Positions 17,546-27,619 are shown, counted from the first letter of the stretch. The stretch: DNA of 64,000 nucleotides from Omnitrophica bacterium GWA2_41_15 (GCA_919902675.1 CAKKRH010000009.1:21035-85034), one strand, 5' to 3'. Notes: a model not told the origin generated them from the sequence alone. Program-made: numbers and translations.

Positions 17546-17948
17546 CTTCTCCCTCCATTTTAACCACCATCGCCCTGGATGGCGCAGGATACGTAAAGAT
17601 CTCTAATTTATAGACAACTTCGATTCCCTCTTTGGTTATGGCGGTAATAAACGCCTCTTGCACATTATCCCCGGCCTTAAAAATCTTACCCCCGATAATC
17701 ACCTGAGGCACCGGGCCGCCCGCTACCAGCCCCTCCACTATTATTGCCGGAGGCACAACCTTCTCTTTAACTACGGGGATTTCCGGCGGCTTAACCACCC
17801 TAACTTCATCGGGAAGCTGTTTTTCAAACGGATCGCGCAGGTTAATGGCGGTATACTCCGTCTTCGGAGCCGCCGCTTGAACAAAAGGTATAAAACCGCG
17901 GGTAAACATAAAAAAATAAATTATAAGTAAGGCCGCGCCGATTTTCAT
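17535..17948 (-). CDS. Secreted protein in the PilP position
   Basis: 137 aa with a signal peptide. Lies between pilO and pilQ. The assignment is by synteny only. Confidence 0.45.
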   Translation of the reverse strand: MKIGAALLIIYFFMFTRGFIPFVQAAAPKTEYTAINLRDPFEKQLPDEVRVVKPPEIPVVKEKVVPPAIIVEGLVAGGPVPQVIIGGKIFKAGDNVQEAFITAITKEGIEVVYKLEIFTYPAPSRAMVVKMEGEDDK

Positions 17949-18475
17949 TGCCCCTTAATATAAGTAGCTCCTACAGCCATGGTCAAGGATAAAATATTAG
18001 CTCCGGACGGGTCAACGCTTTCTTTAAGCGAAATACTCTGTATCCGCAGCATATTTTCCTGAGATTCCAAAATGCTTACAAATTTTGCCAAGTTGTGATA
18101 GCTGCCTTTAAGCTCCAGATCGAACAATACCACGCTGGAAAAATCATCATTAAGCTCTTTAGGCGGTGAAACGGAAATTGTCTCTACTTCAGCTTTAGAG
18201 GCGAATTCCTGGAAAGACCGCGCGGACAATAATGGATCTTTCTTAAGATAAGGACTGGAATCCTGAGATATTTTCTTATCCAGGCCGGACAGCTCCAACG
18301 CTAGCGCGATCCTTTGCTCTTGAATAGCTGTTTCTTCATTTATGGCCGCGGTTTTATCCTTTTGCATCTTAAATATCTTCCAGGCAGCCAATAGAGCCAA
18401 AACCATAATCGCTAAAAAAATAAGCTTTTCCTTGTTTCTCGATACCAACTGAAGGTTTATATCATTAAAGGCCAT
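17945..18475 (-). CDS. pilO: PilO-like bitopic protein
   Basis: 176 aa. Single N-terminal TM helix, a coiled-coil, and a C-terminal ferredoxin-like region. Synteny supports the call. Confidence 0.6.
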   Translation of the reverse strand: MAFNDINLQLVSRNKEKLIFLAIMVLALLAAWKIFKMQKDKTAAINEETAIQEQRIALALELSGLDKKISQDSSPYLKKDPLLSARSFQEFASKAEVETISVSPPKELNDDFSSVVLFDLELKGSYHNLAKFVSILESQENMLRIQSISLKESVDPSGANILSLTMAVGATYIKGQ

Positions 18476-18477
18476 TG

Positions 18478-20028
18478 TTAATTCCCGGTAATCTCAAAAG
18501 TCGTAATCTTATGCCCCTTACTCTGAGCGGATCGGACAGAGGCTATTTCCAGGCGGTTTAAACCCAGCATAAAATCAGGGCTCTCTTTAAGTTTTTTTAG
18601 AAAAACAGCTATTGCCTCTTCTTCAAGCGCCTTGTTCCCCAGATAAATCGCCCCCTTAAGTGAAAGAGATTTTACCTTATCCTTTGCGGAGGCCGAGAGA
18701 TCGAATTGTTCAATCCACAAACCGCCCTTGACCGCCTCAGGCAGGATATTGAAAGACGTGATCAAATATGCCCGGGAGGCAATTAATTCCTGAACAAATA
18801 AAAGCTTTTTTTTGTATTCCATCCTCTTCTGACGCAGGCCTTCCAAATCCATAGACCCTAAGTTCGCCGGGGCTAAGACCATATCAGCCTCGGCCTTTGT
18901 CCGCTCTAAATTCTTAGCGGCTTTAAGCTGCTCGGGCAAAGGAACGCCATAGGCCGCCCCAGCCAAAGCCGCCGCCAGCAGTAAAGGCCGCTTAAACATA
19001 TTAAAGTTAAAGGCCAATGAAGGAGCGGGAGCCGATATATCTTTAGGCGCGCTCAAACTATATTCCTTGCGTGATTTTAATAAATCTACGGATAGGTTTA
19101 CCTTTATAATATCTCTAAGGCCAACAGCGCAGGCTTTAAGCCCGTCCAAATCAGTCAGAGAGTCCAGAGCGCTATTTTTGTCCAACTCCAACAACTGCAC
19201 CTCTATTCCCAGACTTTTACTTAATTCTGATAATAACTCCGGGCTCGCATTCTTAGCTACAAGAATAATCTTATCCACAGAAGAGCCTGAGAATTGCCTG
19301 CGAAAATAACCCAGAGAAACCCTGAGCTCGCTGGTTAAGCGCTCTTGAGAAACAGCCTCCAACGCGCTTACCACGGAAGGCGCTTCCTGAGCCCGGCTCA
19401 ACCGAACATCCCGACTAAAACACGGAAAACCCGCGCTGACTATAGAAAACTCCATATCTAAATCATCATCAATAGACATAAAGGCAATAGACTGCTTAGG
19501 GTCAATCTGTTTGGCGGCTGAAACCATCCTAACCAGGGCAAAGCCGGCGGATTCAATAGCCTTTAATTGAATACCCATTAGCTTAAATAACCCGAGATAA
19601 TAATCAAAACTGACCTTGGTGGCCGCCACATAAAAGACATCCATCTTGTCTATGCCCTTACTCAGGCGATGCTGATAATCAAAAACCAAATCCTCGGTCT
19701 TAAAAGGAAGATATTTCCTGGCCTCAAAACTTATCCCTGAGGAGATTTCTGATTTTGGCAGAGATGGGATTTGAAAACCCCGGATAAAAAGGTCCTTACT
19801 GGTAAGGCCGAGCACCGCTTCCTTAGAACTGAATTTATTTTCTTTAAGAAGTCTTTTTATTTCATCCGCCAGGCTGGCCTGGTCGCCATCTTGAGTTGTC
19901 AGGCCGCCTGTGACCCTATCCGAAGCAGTCGCCAGGGTTAAACCGGCCTGCCGAATAACATCCTTACCCCGCAACTCGACAACGGTTACCCTACCTTTAC
20001 CAAAATATATTCCTAGTCTATTTCCCAT
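18478..20028 (-). CDS. pilM: PilM (actin-like ATPase fold) fused to a PilN-like TM/periplasmic region
   Basis: 516 aa. PilM-like N-terminus, an internal TM segment (PLLLAAALAGAAYGV), then a PilN-like tail. First gene of the pil core operon. Confidence 0.7.
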   Translation of the reverse strand: MGNRLGIYFGKGRVTVVELRGKDVIRQAGLTLATASDRVTGGLTTQDGDQASLADEIKRLLKENKFSSKEAVLGLTSKDLFIRGFQIPSLPKSEISSGISFEARKYLPFKTEDLVFDYQHRLSKGIDKMDVFYVAATKVSFDYYLGLFKLMGIQLKAIESAGFALVRMVSAAKQIDPKQSIAFMSIDDDLDMEFSIVSAGFPCFSRDVRLSRAQEAPSVVSALEAVSQERLTSELRVSLGYFRRQFSGSSVDKIILVAKNASPELLSELSKSLGIEVQLLELDKNSALDSLTDLDGLKACAVGLRDIIKVNLSVDLLKSRKEYSLSAPKDISAPAPSLAFNFNMFKRPLLLAAALAGAAYGVPLPEQLKAAKNLERTKAEADMVLAPANLGSMDLEGLRQKRMEYKKKLLFVQELIASRAYLITSFNILPEAVKGGLWIEQFDLSASAKDKVKSLSLKGAIYLGNKALEEEAIAVFLKKLKESPDFMLGLNRLEIASVRSAQSKGHKITTFEITGN

Positions 20029-20060
20029 TTATGTTCAACCCGCGGCTATTAACCGGTTAA

Positions 20061-20237
20061 TCAGTTTACTTTCTGCTGCTTGCTTTTAATCCAAGTATTG
20101 ACCTCTTTACGGTCAAAACGCCAGACCCCGCCCACCTTAATACCGGCTATTTTTTTTTCATGCAGCCAGTTATAAATGGTCTGACGGCGTAATTTAAGGT
20201 ATCGCGCCAGTTCATCGACATCCATTAATTCGTTCAT
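20061..20237 (-). CDS. Small excisionase/MerR-family HTH DNA-binding protein (58 aa, below the ORF-track cutoff)
   Basis: Manual translation: MNELMDVDELARYLKLRRQTIYNWLHEKKIAGIKVGGVWRFDRKEVNTWIKSKQQKVN, an HTH_17-like pattern. Confidence 0.6.
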   Translation of the reverse strand: MNELMDVDELARYLKLRRQTIYNWLHEKKIAGIKVGGVWRFDRKEVNTWIKSKQQKVN

Positions 20238-20316
20238 TCTTAACCCTTTCTGTTAAAGAAAAACATATTTTATAACTAATTTTAATATTCAGTTTTAAGA
20301 ATACATACCTTATATA

Positions 20317-20345
20317 TATATATCATAATAGATTTACTTTGTCAA
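20317..20345 (-). promoter_or_regulatory. Candidate promoter TTGACA-17-TATATA upstream of the HTH gene and pil operon
   Basis: Reverse complement of 20340..20345 is TTGACA, with a 17-nt spacer and an AT-rich -10. Confidence 0.35.
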
Positions 20346-20386
20346 TAATTTTGTTTGAGACTTTTGCCTGAGGCTTTCTCTCCATA

Positions 20387-22390
20387 TTAATTGAGGAGCC
20401 TCTGAGCTCTTTCAATATACCGCTTAGCGTCGGCAAAATTCGGGTCCCGATTCAAAACCTCACTCCAAACAGCGACTGCCTCCTCATACCTGGCGGCCAG
20501 AGCATAAGTTATCCCTAAGTTATAGCGGGCCTCGATATCCGCGGGCTCAGCCTCCAAAATTTTCTTAGAAATCCGTATAGATTCCTCATACATCCCTTGC
20601 AGGCCGTAAGACATCACCAAGGTCTGTTGAATAAATCTGCTGTTTTGGGTGAGTTTCGCGGCTGTCTGATAAAGCTCTACACCCTGAAGCCGATCACTCC
20701 GGATAACCTCACTACCTAAGGCAACATAATATCCGGCAATAAGCTCCAGGTTCAAATAATCCTTGTTCTCAAGCCACCCCCCGAACACATCCCGGATTTG
20801 ATAATTCTGCCAGCACTTCTTCCCGGATCCCGGATCAAATTCTTCATCCTCCCTTAATATCCTATAAGCTATACCTACCTGTTCTTTCTTATATTTATCC
20901 AATGAAAGAAGGATGCTATTACCCAAATTAACATATAAAGGCCGCCTATCCCGGGCCAACAAGGTTGCGACCAAATCAGATCTTCCTTCCCGGTCCAAAT
21001 CAGGAATAGAGAATGGAGTATCCTTAAACACATCCCCTCCGTTATCGTCGTAGATTAAAACATCCGTCCTTATCTTCTCACATATATTCAGGTATGCCAG
21101 TATAAAAAGGACATTATCCCCCTCTCCCAAAAAGACCGCGTCTTTCTCCATGCTGTTTAGGATATTCCTGCCGAAATCATAGGCGATATAATTACGACTT
21201 TGGTCATTCTTGGAGTAATTAGACAAAAAAGAAATAAAGGCAAAAACACAAGATCCCGCCAGCAGACAGCAATAAAGCGGCTTACGGACATTTCTTCGCG
21301 CCAGGTCAATAAAGTAAAAAATGCCTAAGCCGATAAAAATAGCCACGATAATATAGGAAGCCAGAAGATAGACCCTGGAGATATACATATCCCTGGGTGT
21401 AGGGGCTATCCCCAGCCAGATATTCACCCCGCTTAGAATAAAAATGGCTAAAAATACCACCAGATACCTGCGGGCCTTAAATAGCAAAGGCAAAAAACCG
21501 GCAAATAAAACCGGCCAGACCAAACCAAACTCGCTGGTGAATAAATCTCCCAGCCATTTTAAACGCTCCAGGCTAAGACTGCGAAGGTTCAGTAGATGGC
21601 CCAAGGTGAAATTCTCCTCCACATTGCCATATTGACTGCGCAAAAGATAACCCATAAATCCTTTAAAATCCCGAATTCTATTCCAATTAAGCCCCGGATC
21701 GCTTAAAGCCCGGATAGGTATATACAAATAAAGACACAGCCCCAATGTGAATAAACCCAGCATAATAAAAAGCGGTTTCGGCCGGATAAATATCCTTGGT
21801 TGATAAAACAAAATAATCAAGAAAAACCCAGGGGCGAAAAATAAGCCTAACTGATGGCAGGTAATACTCGTCCCGTAAAGAAAAGAAAACCAACACAAAA
21901 GACTATTCTTCTTATCCTTAGTCCATTTAATCAGTATTAAGAGGCAAAGCCCAATAAAAAATACATATAAGGTATAGACCTCAGCCACTACTGCCTGAGA
22001 CCAGAAGGTATTGGAACCGGCAAAAATGATGGCCGCTCCAAAGGCAGGAATAAGCCTATTAATTAAAGGCGAACCGTCCGGCTGGATTATTTTGATGAGG
22101 AGCGCCACGATTAAATAGACTATTACGCAGGACAGGCTAGCAAAGAAGGCTGAAAGCAGATTTACCCGATAAGCAATACTATCAAATGGAAGAAGAGTAA
22201 ACAATTTACCCAAAAGACAATACAGAGGATACCCGGGTGCGTGGGGAACGCCTAAGGTATAGGCGGCGGCAATCAACTCTCCGCTATCGCCGGTATATAC
22301 CGCGGGGCAAAGAGTAAGGAGATAAATAATAAAACTCAAAAAAAATACCAGCAAGCCAAATCTGTTTTGCTGGCGGATGCTATAACCCAT
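20387..22390 (-). CDS. DUF2723/TMEM260-like GT-C fold glycosyltransferase with C-terminal TPR repeats
   Basis: 667 aa. About 11 TM segments with a PMT-like N-terminus (SGELIAAAYTLGVPHAPGYPLY) and a C-terminal TPR region. Confidence 0.7.
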   Translation of the reverse strand: MGYSIRQQNRFGLLVFFLSFIIYLLTLCPAVYTGDSGELIAAAYTLGVPHAPGYPLYCLLGKLFTLLPFDSIAYRVNLLSAFFASLSCVIVYLIVALLIKIIQPDGSPLINRLIPAFGAAIIFAGSNTFWSQAVVAEVYTLYVFFIGLCLLILIKWTKDKKNSLLCWFSFLYGTSITCHQLGLFFAPGFFLIILFYQPRIFIRPKPLFIMLGLFTLGLCLYLYIPIRALSDPGLNWNRIRDFKGFMGYLLRSQYGNVEENFTLGHLLNLRSLSLERLKWLGDLFTSEFGLVWPVLFAGFLPLLFKARRYLVVFLAIFILSGVNIWLGIAPTPRDMYISRVYLLASYIIVAIFIGLGIFYFIDLARRNVRKPLYCCLLAGSCVFAFISFLSNYSKNDQSRNYIAYDFGRNILNSMEKDAVFLGEGDNVLFILAYLNICEKIRTDVLIYDDNGGDVFKDTPFSIPDLDREGRSDLVATLLARDRRPLYVNLGNSILLSLDKYKKEQVGIAYRILREDEEFDPGSGKKCWQNYQIRDVFGGWLENKDYLNLELIAGYYVALGSEVIRSDRLQGVELYQTAAKLTQNSRFIQQTLVMSYGLQGMYEESIRISKKILEAEPADIEARYNLGITYALAARYEEAVAVWSEVLNRDPNFADAKRYIERAQRLLN

Positions 22391-22455
22391 CTGTGTTTAA
22401 AATTATCTCATAACTAACTGCTATAAATATAGTTACAAAGAGTGTTCCTGTTTTT

Positions 22456-22806
22456 CTATTCTATTTCCGCGCTGACAGTTATATTTTCGCCTTCGGTGTC
22501 CTCGGCTACCTCAATGCTTGAGGTTATATTAACCTGGCTTATATTATTGTTTGTAGAGTTAGTGGTCCAAGTAAAAAGGGACACGCTGATATTGCTATCC
22601 GGGATGTCTATTGTTGTGGCATTGGTGTCTAAAAAACCGGCGCGCAGGTAAAGATCGCCATAGCGCATAGCTTGAAGCTCCGCATTCATAATGGCCTTAG
22701 AGACAAAATCCTTATTCACCAGCCTGTAGACATTTGGGGTAAAACCAATAAACACCGCGCTTAAGGCAAAGCAAAACATCAGGATTACAGAAACTATAAA
22801 AATCAT
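22456..22806 (-). CDS. Cassette 1, gene 6: small membrane-anchored protein (PilX-like position)
   Basis: 116 aa. N-terminal hydrophobic helix. ATGA overlap with the upstream gene. No counterpart in cassette 2. Confidence 0.6.
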   Translation of the reverse strand: MIFIVSVILMFCFALSAVFIGFTPNVYRLVNKDFVSKAIMNAELQAMRYGDLYLRAGFLDTNATTIDIPDSNISVSLFTWTTNSTNNNISQVNITSSIEVAEDTEGENITVSAEIE

Positions 22807-23375
22807 TCTTTTACGTTAGTGAACCAAAAACTCATACTTTCCTGCCTGGATACCTGGGTGTCCAAACGCCCGGCTATGCCGGTAGCATTGATAAGCACGG
22901 TGAGCACATTGGGCTCATTGGGAAAAACATAGCTAAAGAGTATCTGTGGGTTATATTTACTGTCAACCAGGGTTTCGTTGATAACCTCCAGACTTACGGG
23001 GTTAGTGGCATTGCGGATAAAGTTTCCCTGTCCGTCAATGTAATAACAATAACCTAAATTATCGCCAAGTTTATTTGGGGTGATGTTATAGATGTCTGCC
23101 TCGCCTTCGAAACAATACGTTCTGTTCTCGGATAATTTAAGCGGACTTTCAGTAAACAAAGAGGCGTTCTCCACCCTCACCGCGCTTAAGGTATGCAGAT
23201 GGATATTCTCCAGGGCATAGGCAATCTGCAAGCCGACATTACCACGCTCGATATTAGCCCTGGTCTGGGCAAAAATAAAATTATACCCGGCCATTGCCGC
23301 GGCCAAAGTAACCCCGCAGAGTACAATCGCTATGATCAATTCCACTAAAGTCAGGCCGAGTTCTTTTCTTATCAT
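22803..23375 (-). CDS. Cassette 1, gene 5: minor-pilin-like protein (prepilin-type N-terminus)
   Basis: MIRKELG|LTLVELIIAIVL when started at the internal ATG. The ORF track extends the frame to 23408. Confidence 0.7.
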   Translation of the reverse strand: MIRKELGLTLVELIIAIVLCGVTLAAAMAGYNFIFAQTRANIERGNVGLQIAYALENIHLHTLSAVRVENASLFTESPLKLSENRTYCFEGEADIYNITPNKLGDNLGYCYYIDGQGNFIRNATNPVSLEVINETLVDSKYNPQILFSYVFPNEPNVLTVLINATGIAGRLDTQVSRQESMSFWFTNVKE

Positions 23376-23416
23376 AAGCCAGGTCTTACGCTCCGGGACT
23401 AAGACCAAACCCCCTG

Positions 23417-24337
23417 CTACTTCACTTCGGTAGCAAGTATGGATAATATTGCTTTTCTAAGAGTGATTCTGGTGTTCGTGTATCCTGTGGTATATTCATA
23501 ATCATCGGTAGTTTTATTCACAGTCGGCCGATCATAATACCATTTTATTTCAATTCTATTATCATTTCTGGAAGTCACGTTTTCTATTACCGCCACGTTA
23601 TTAAATGAAGCCTGAGTTCCTATAGGCGTGCGCGCCTCAACACCAGCAATGTAGGGGCTGGTGAGACCGTTACTAAAAAAACAGGCTGAATAAATAGTAT
23701 CAATAGTATCAATCTCTGTCGCGTTGTCAGTGCTGTTTGTGCCAACGCTCACGCTATAAGCAACCTCTATATTCTTTTTTGTCGCGAAGTCAAGCTGAGT
23801 GCCGTTAAGCATTAATGGCTCGCCAACAGACTCACCTATGGTTGTGTAGTTTTCCAATATAGAAGTGTCGGTTTGATTGGCAAAAGGAACCTCATCGCCA
23901 GCGCTATTAAGGATATTCTTTGCAGCTGTATGTGAGAATGGATAAGGAACAATATTGGTCAGGCGGATATTTTTAGTATCTAAGCCTCCATTGCCATCTT
24001 CCTCCTGATAAGAAACCACCACCTCTATGTCCCTATAGGGCATAGTTGTATTTGTGACGTTTTTGGTAACCACTATGGCAGTCCAATTATAAAAATCCTC
24101 CAAATCCTCCAAATCCTCCTGGCCCGACAGCGAGAAATTATTTAAAATATCATAACCACGTTGTGAATATTCTTCCATCTTACTGGAAGCTAGCCCCATA
24201 GCCTGGCTGCGGAATTCCGCCTGTCTCAAAAAACGCTTGCCGGCAACCACCGTAACCCCCAAAGCCCCCAAACCCACCATTATCAGCAAAGCACTGACAA
24301 TTACCTCCAGAAGAGTAAATCCTTTTTCCTGATCCAT
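23417..24337 (-). CDS. Cassette 1, gene 4: PilV-like minor pilin, sequon-rich
   Basis: 306 aa. MDQEKG|FTLLEVIVSALLIMVGL. Many N-x-S/T sites. Confidence 0.75.
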   Translation of the reverse strand: MDQEKGFTLLEVIVSALLIMVGLGALGVTVVAGKRFLRQAEFRSQAMGLASSKMEEYSQRGYDILNNFSLSGQEDLEDLEDFYNWTAIVVTKNVTNTTMPYRDIEVVVSYQEEDGNGGLDTKNIRLTNIVPYPFSHTAAKNILNSAGDEVPFANQTDTSILENYTTIGESVGEPLMLNGTQLDFATKKNIEVAYSVSVGTNSTDNATEIDTIDTIYSACFFSNGLTSPYIAGVEARTPIGTQASFNNVAVIENVTSRNDNRIEIKWYYDRPTVNKTTDDYEYTTGYTNTRITLRKAILSILATEVK

Positions 24338-24352
24338 CTAGTTTATAATTCC

Positions 24353-25357
24353 TTACTCGTCTTGATTTGTAACAGGAAAAACGGAAACTATCAGATTGCG
24401 CTGGTTCTTCGGGCTTCTTATTCTCATTGATGTCTCATTATACCATCTAATCTCAAAATAAACATCATTGGGAATCCTCCCATTGGCAAAGTCAGAAGGA
24501 ATAAGCACATAACCACCGGTAATGGTAGGATCACCGATATTAGTCACACTCCCCTTACCAGCCGAAGGAACGGTCATCTCGGCTATCTGGCCCACAGGAA
24601 CAAACTCCCCGGAAACATATGAAACAGTCCCATCATCCGCAACCTGTTTAACTCCGTTACCGGGCGCGTCACTTTTAACATACAATTGAGTCTTAAGCGG
24701 CCCCTCGATAAATTCCTGATAGGAAGTACCATGATGGGGATGACAAATAAAAGGCCATACCGCGACCAATCTGCCGGAACCCTCCACGCGCACGGTCCAG
24801 GTAAAGGATATTTTAGTTATATTCCTGTAGCCCTTAGCCGATCCTGTAGTCCCTTCTAATCCGGGGATAAGTTGATATTCACCTTTGACTAAACTAACTG
24901 TGCTTGGCTGCGGAAGACCGCTGGTAGTATAGCCATTTTCTTTACAAGGAAAATATACATTCGGGCAATTACCGCCCCCATCGCAGGTCCTGATGGTTTG
25001 AGCGCAATTACTATAATTAGACTCACCGTCATCCACACAACCAGAACAATTATAAGGATACAAGTTCTTAGCCCATTTCTCGCCAGCAACTACACTTGTG
25101 GATGTCCAGCGATCCTTTCCTCTCCATTCTCCGTCAATTTGTTCATTTAAATAATCCGCGCATGTAGGGTTATCGTCGCTGTCATCATCATAGAAATATG
25201 GAAACATTGTCGGTTCCAGATAAGCGTCATCCGTTCCAATAAGTTCCTCAATAGTTAAAGGTTTGCTGGGAGTAGTTACCGCTTCATCCGCGGCAAGGCA
25301 GCAACCTACCATTAAAAAAATAATAAAAACTACTCCGAAAAAATTTATCTTTTTCAT
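24353..25357 (-). CDS. Cassette 1, gene 3: secreted Cys-containing protein, unknown family
   Basis: 334 aa with a signal peptide. Its paralog is at 29412..30407, with a conserved C-terminal half (GQIAEMTVPS.GKG..NIGDPTITG.YVL.P). Confidence 0.75.
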   Translation of the reverse strand: MKKINFFGVVFIIFLMVGCCLAADEAVTTPSKPLTIEELIGTDDAYLEPTMFPYFYDDDSDDNPTCADYLNEQIDGEWRGKDRWTSTSVVAGEKWAKNLYPYNCSGCVDDGESNYSNCAQTIRTCDGGGNCPNVYFPCKENGYTTSGLPQPSTVSLVKGEYQLIPGLEGTTGSAKGYRNITKISFTWTVRVEGSGRLVAVWPFICHPHHGTSYQEFIEGPLKTQLYVKSDAPGNGVKQVADDGTVSYVSGEFVPVGQIAEMTVPSAGKGSVTNIGDPTITGGYVLIPSDFANGRIPNDVYFEIRWYNETSMRIRSPKNQRNLIVSVFPVTNQDE

Positions 25358-25416
25358 CCTAAGGCCCTCCTTAAATGAACACCGAACAAAAGAACAAATA
25401 AATGCTTAGCCAAGAA

Positions 25417-27099
25417 TTATTCTCTCACCGTGGTAATAATTAAACTAATATGGTTAATCTCCACCTGATAATTTGTGGCCTCATCCTCAGAAGTAGTAGT
25501 TGGATCATCTATATTCCTATTCATAAAATAATAAACCCGGACTTCATAACGCTTCCCTGGCCAAAGGTATGGGCCAGGCGGAAAGGTATCTTTAGAAACA
25601 AGGGTTGTTCCGTATATAGAAAACGCGGCATTTAAACTCTTTTGATGAAGAGCGCTGCTGTAAAGCGTAGTGCCAAAAGTAGGGTCAAATACTTTAATCA
25701 TAGTATAGAACTTATCGCTCGAATTCTTTGCCTCACCAAGGGGTGTGGTATTAATCTGCCAAACTACATTATAAGACTCACCGGTCTTAGCTACAAAACT
25801 ATACCGCAGATTGCTATCTATTTCCTCAAAACAACTATCTGTATTTCCCAGGAGGCATTCTTCCGCGAGCTGACGAAGCGTAGCGCAATCACCTGCCGTG
25901 GCATTATAACACTCAGGACTAACGGTTAATCTCTTTTCACATTTTCTATCTTTGCAATTCTGCACATATCCGTCTGAGCAAACCGCGCGCTTACAGCACT
26001 CCACCCTATCCTTGCATTCCTCGTATTCATCGGCATAATCAGTGCACGTATCAATACAATTCTTAAATGTTGAATTAAGGCTGTAGATATAAGACTGAAT
26101 ATAGGGCGTAGTGGTACAGGTTGCGGTTGCCGTGCAGGGAGTAGGAGTGCAGGTTGGACAAGGAGGAGGAGAAGGGCAAGGTGTCGGAGGAGGAGGACAA
26201 GGCGGAGGAGTAGGACAAGGCGGCGGCGTGCAAGGTATAGGACAGTTCTGAGGTTGCGAACATGTCGTAGGAGCGCAGGATGACAAGCCTGAACTGCACG
26301 AGGGAGTCGGGGGGGTGCAGGTTGGATAACACTGAGCATTACATGACTGCGTGGTTGTGCATGAGGGGGTAGTATTAGCCCACACATAGGCTATATCATA
26401 ATAAGGGGCTTGATCGCATCTAAGCGGACCGGGATTCGAAGAACAAGCCTGAAAAGAAGGACTACTGCTTGGGGTGCAAGTTGATGTTTTCGGGCAGGTC
26501 CAAACCCTATTCTTACCGGTTCCTATTATAGCGCATCCTGAGCAACCTGACGGCTCCAGCTCATCACTAAATTCATCCGGACAGCCCCGCCTTTTCAGGC
26601 CATAAGGACTACCGCTATCTACCGAACCATTAGCATTACAACTAAGATACGGTTTATTCTGGCCGACACAACCATCTGAATCATCGTCGCGATTTCGCGA
26701 ACCACAATCACTACAACTATCATCAGTATCTTCATAATCACACTTGGTTAACCCACAATCTTCGATTTTAAAAGGATTCTCAGTGCAAGCATAATCATCC
26801 GTTATATCGTTTTCACTGCATTTAATTACTTTAGGAGCACCAGTCAAGCAACAATTCGGACAGCTTTCACTTAAGCTAACGCAGTAATCACACCTAAAAG
26901 CCCTCCTGGATTGGGTTGAACAGGCGGCACAAAAAATATCCTCTTTTGTCAGATCACCGCTATCATAATCTTTTGAAACTATCTGAAGGTCATGAGCAGA
27001 GGGCAGATATCTTATGCGTTTATCTTTAGAATAGGCCTGGCTGCTAAAGAAAGCCGAGAACACCAAAAGTAATGCTAAAGCCTTCTTATTCTTTACCAT
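25417..27099 (-). CDS. Cassette 1, gene 2: large cysteine-rich secreted protein with a Pro/Thr/Cys low-complexity insert, unknown family
   Basis: 560 aa with a signal peptide and dozens of Cys residues in CxxC or CC patterns. Its paralog is at 30427..31770. The start overlaps the pilin stop (caATGGTAAag). Confidence 0.75.
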   Translation of the reverse strand: MVKNKKALALLLVFSAFFSSQAYSKDKRIRYLPSAHDLQIVSKDYDSGDLTKEDIFCAACSTQSRRAFRCDYCVSLSESCPNCCLTGAPKVIKCSENDITDDYACTENPFKIEDCGLTKCDYEDTDDSCSDCGSRNRDDDSDGCVGQNKPYLSCNANGSVDSGSPYGLKRRGCPDEFSDELEPSGCSGCAIIGTGKNRVWTCPKTSTCTPSSSPSFQACSSNPGPLRCDQAPYYDIAYVWANTTPSCTTTQSCNAQCYPTCTPPTPSCSSGLSSCAPTTCSQPQNCPIPCTPPPCPTPPPCPPPPTPCPSPPPCPTCTPTPCTATATCTTTPYIQSYIYSLNSTFKNCIDTCTDYADEYEECKDRVECCKRAVCSDGYVQNCKDRKCEKRLTVSPECYNATAGDCATLRQLAEECLLGNTDSCFEEIDSNLRYSFVAKTGESYNVVWQINTTPLGEAKNSSDKFYTMIKVFDPTFGTTLYSSALHQKSLNAAFSIYGTTLVSKDTFPPGPYLWPGKRYEVRVYYFMNRNIDDPTTTSEDEATNYQVEINHISLIITTVRE

Positions 27100-27464
27100 T
27101 GGCTACATTCCTTCCAGATCGTGTTGTTACGATTAGTGATAGTCATATTCATCCCGCTGCAGGCCAGACCAGAACCCTGGCGCTTAGCCGTGGCGTTAAA
27201 ACTTGGGCTAGTGGTGGTGGCAATAGAATAAGTAAAGCTATCTCCTTCCAAGGTAATCCCTAAATTCGCGGTATCGTTAGTATATGCTCCCTCATCCAGA
27301 TAATATCTCTGCTGGGCAGTGTAGATTAGGCGCAGGTTGGCCTCGGCTTCTTTGGCCATATTTTTTTCTGAAGACCGGCTAAAATTGCCCATATTCAGGC
27401 TAACCAGAATTCCGATAATCACTAGAACCACTAAAAGCTCAATCATGGTAAACCCCGTTTTCAC
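27093..27464 (-). CDS. Cassette 1, gene 1: type IV pilin-like protein (GTG start)
   Basis: 123 aa. MKTG|FTMIELLVVLVIIGIL. C-terminal Cys pair. Confidence 0.8.
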   Translation of the reverse strand: MKTGFTMIELLVVLVIIGILVSLNMGNFSRSSEKNMAKEAEANLRLIYTAQQRYYLDEGAYTNDTANLGITLEGDSFTYSIATTTSPSFNATAKRQGSGLACSGMNMTITNRNNTIWKECSQW

Positions 27465-27580
27465 TCAATAAGCTCCCTTAGGCGCGATAAATCGCGCCGC
27501 TACCTACTTGCACAAATTGCTACGATAAATCGCGCCGCTTAGCGAAACGAATAACCACAACAAGCTTTTAAAAACTCTTG

Positions 27581-27619
27581 AAATAAAAAAGCCAAACTCT
27601 CCTTCGTAGGATAGCTTGG
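27581..27619 (-). terminator. Intrinsic terminator forming the riboswitch expression platform (copy 1)
   Basis: The minus-strand RNA forms CCAAGCUAUCCU-ACGA-AGGAGAGUUUGG (12 positions, one mismatch), followed by CUUUUUUAUUU. Confidence 0.65.

Noticed and set aside
25926-26387. 153-aa and 85-aa minus-strand ORFs in alternative frames of the Cys-rich gene
   Set aside because: They are produced by the GC-rich Pro/Thr/Cys-coding insert. The translations are Leu/Arg-rich nonsense, and the main frame is supported by the paralog.
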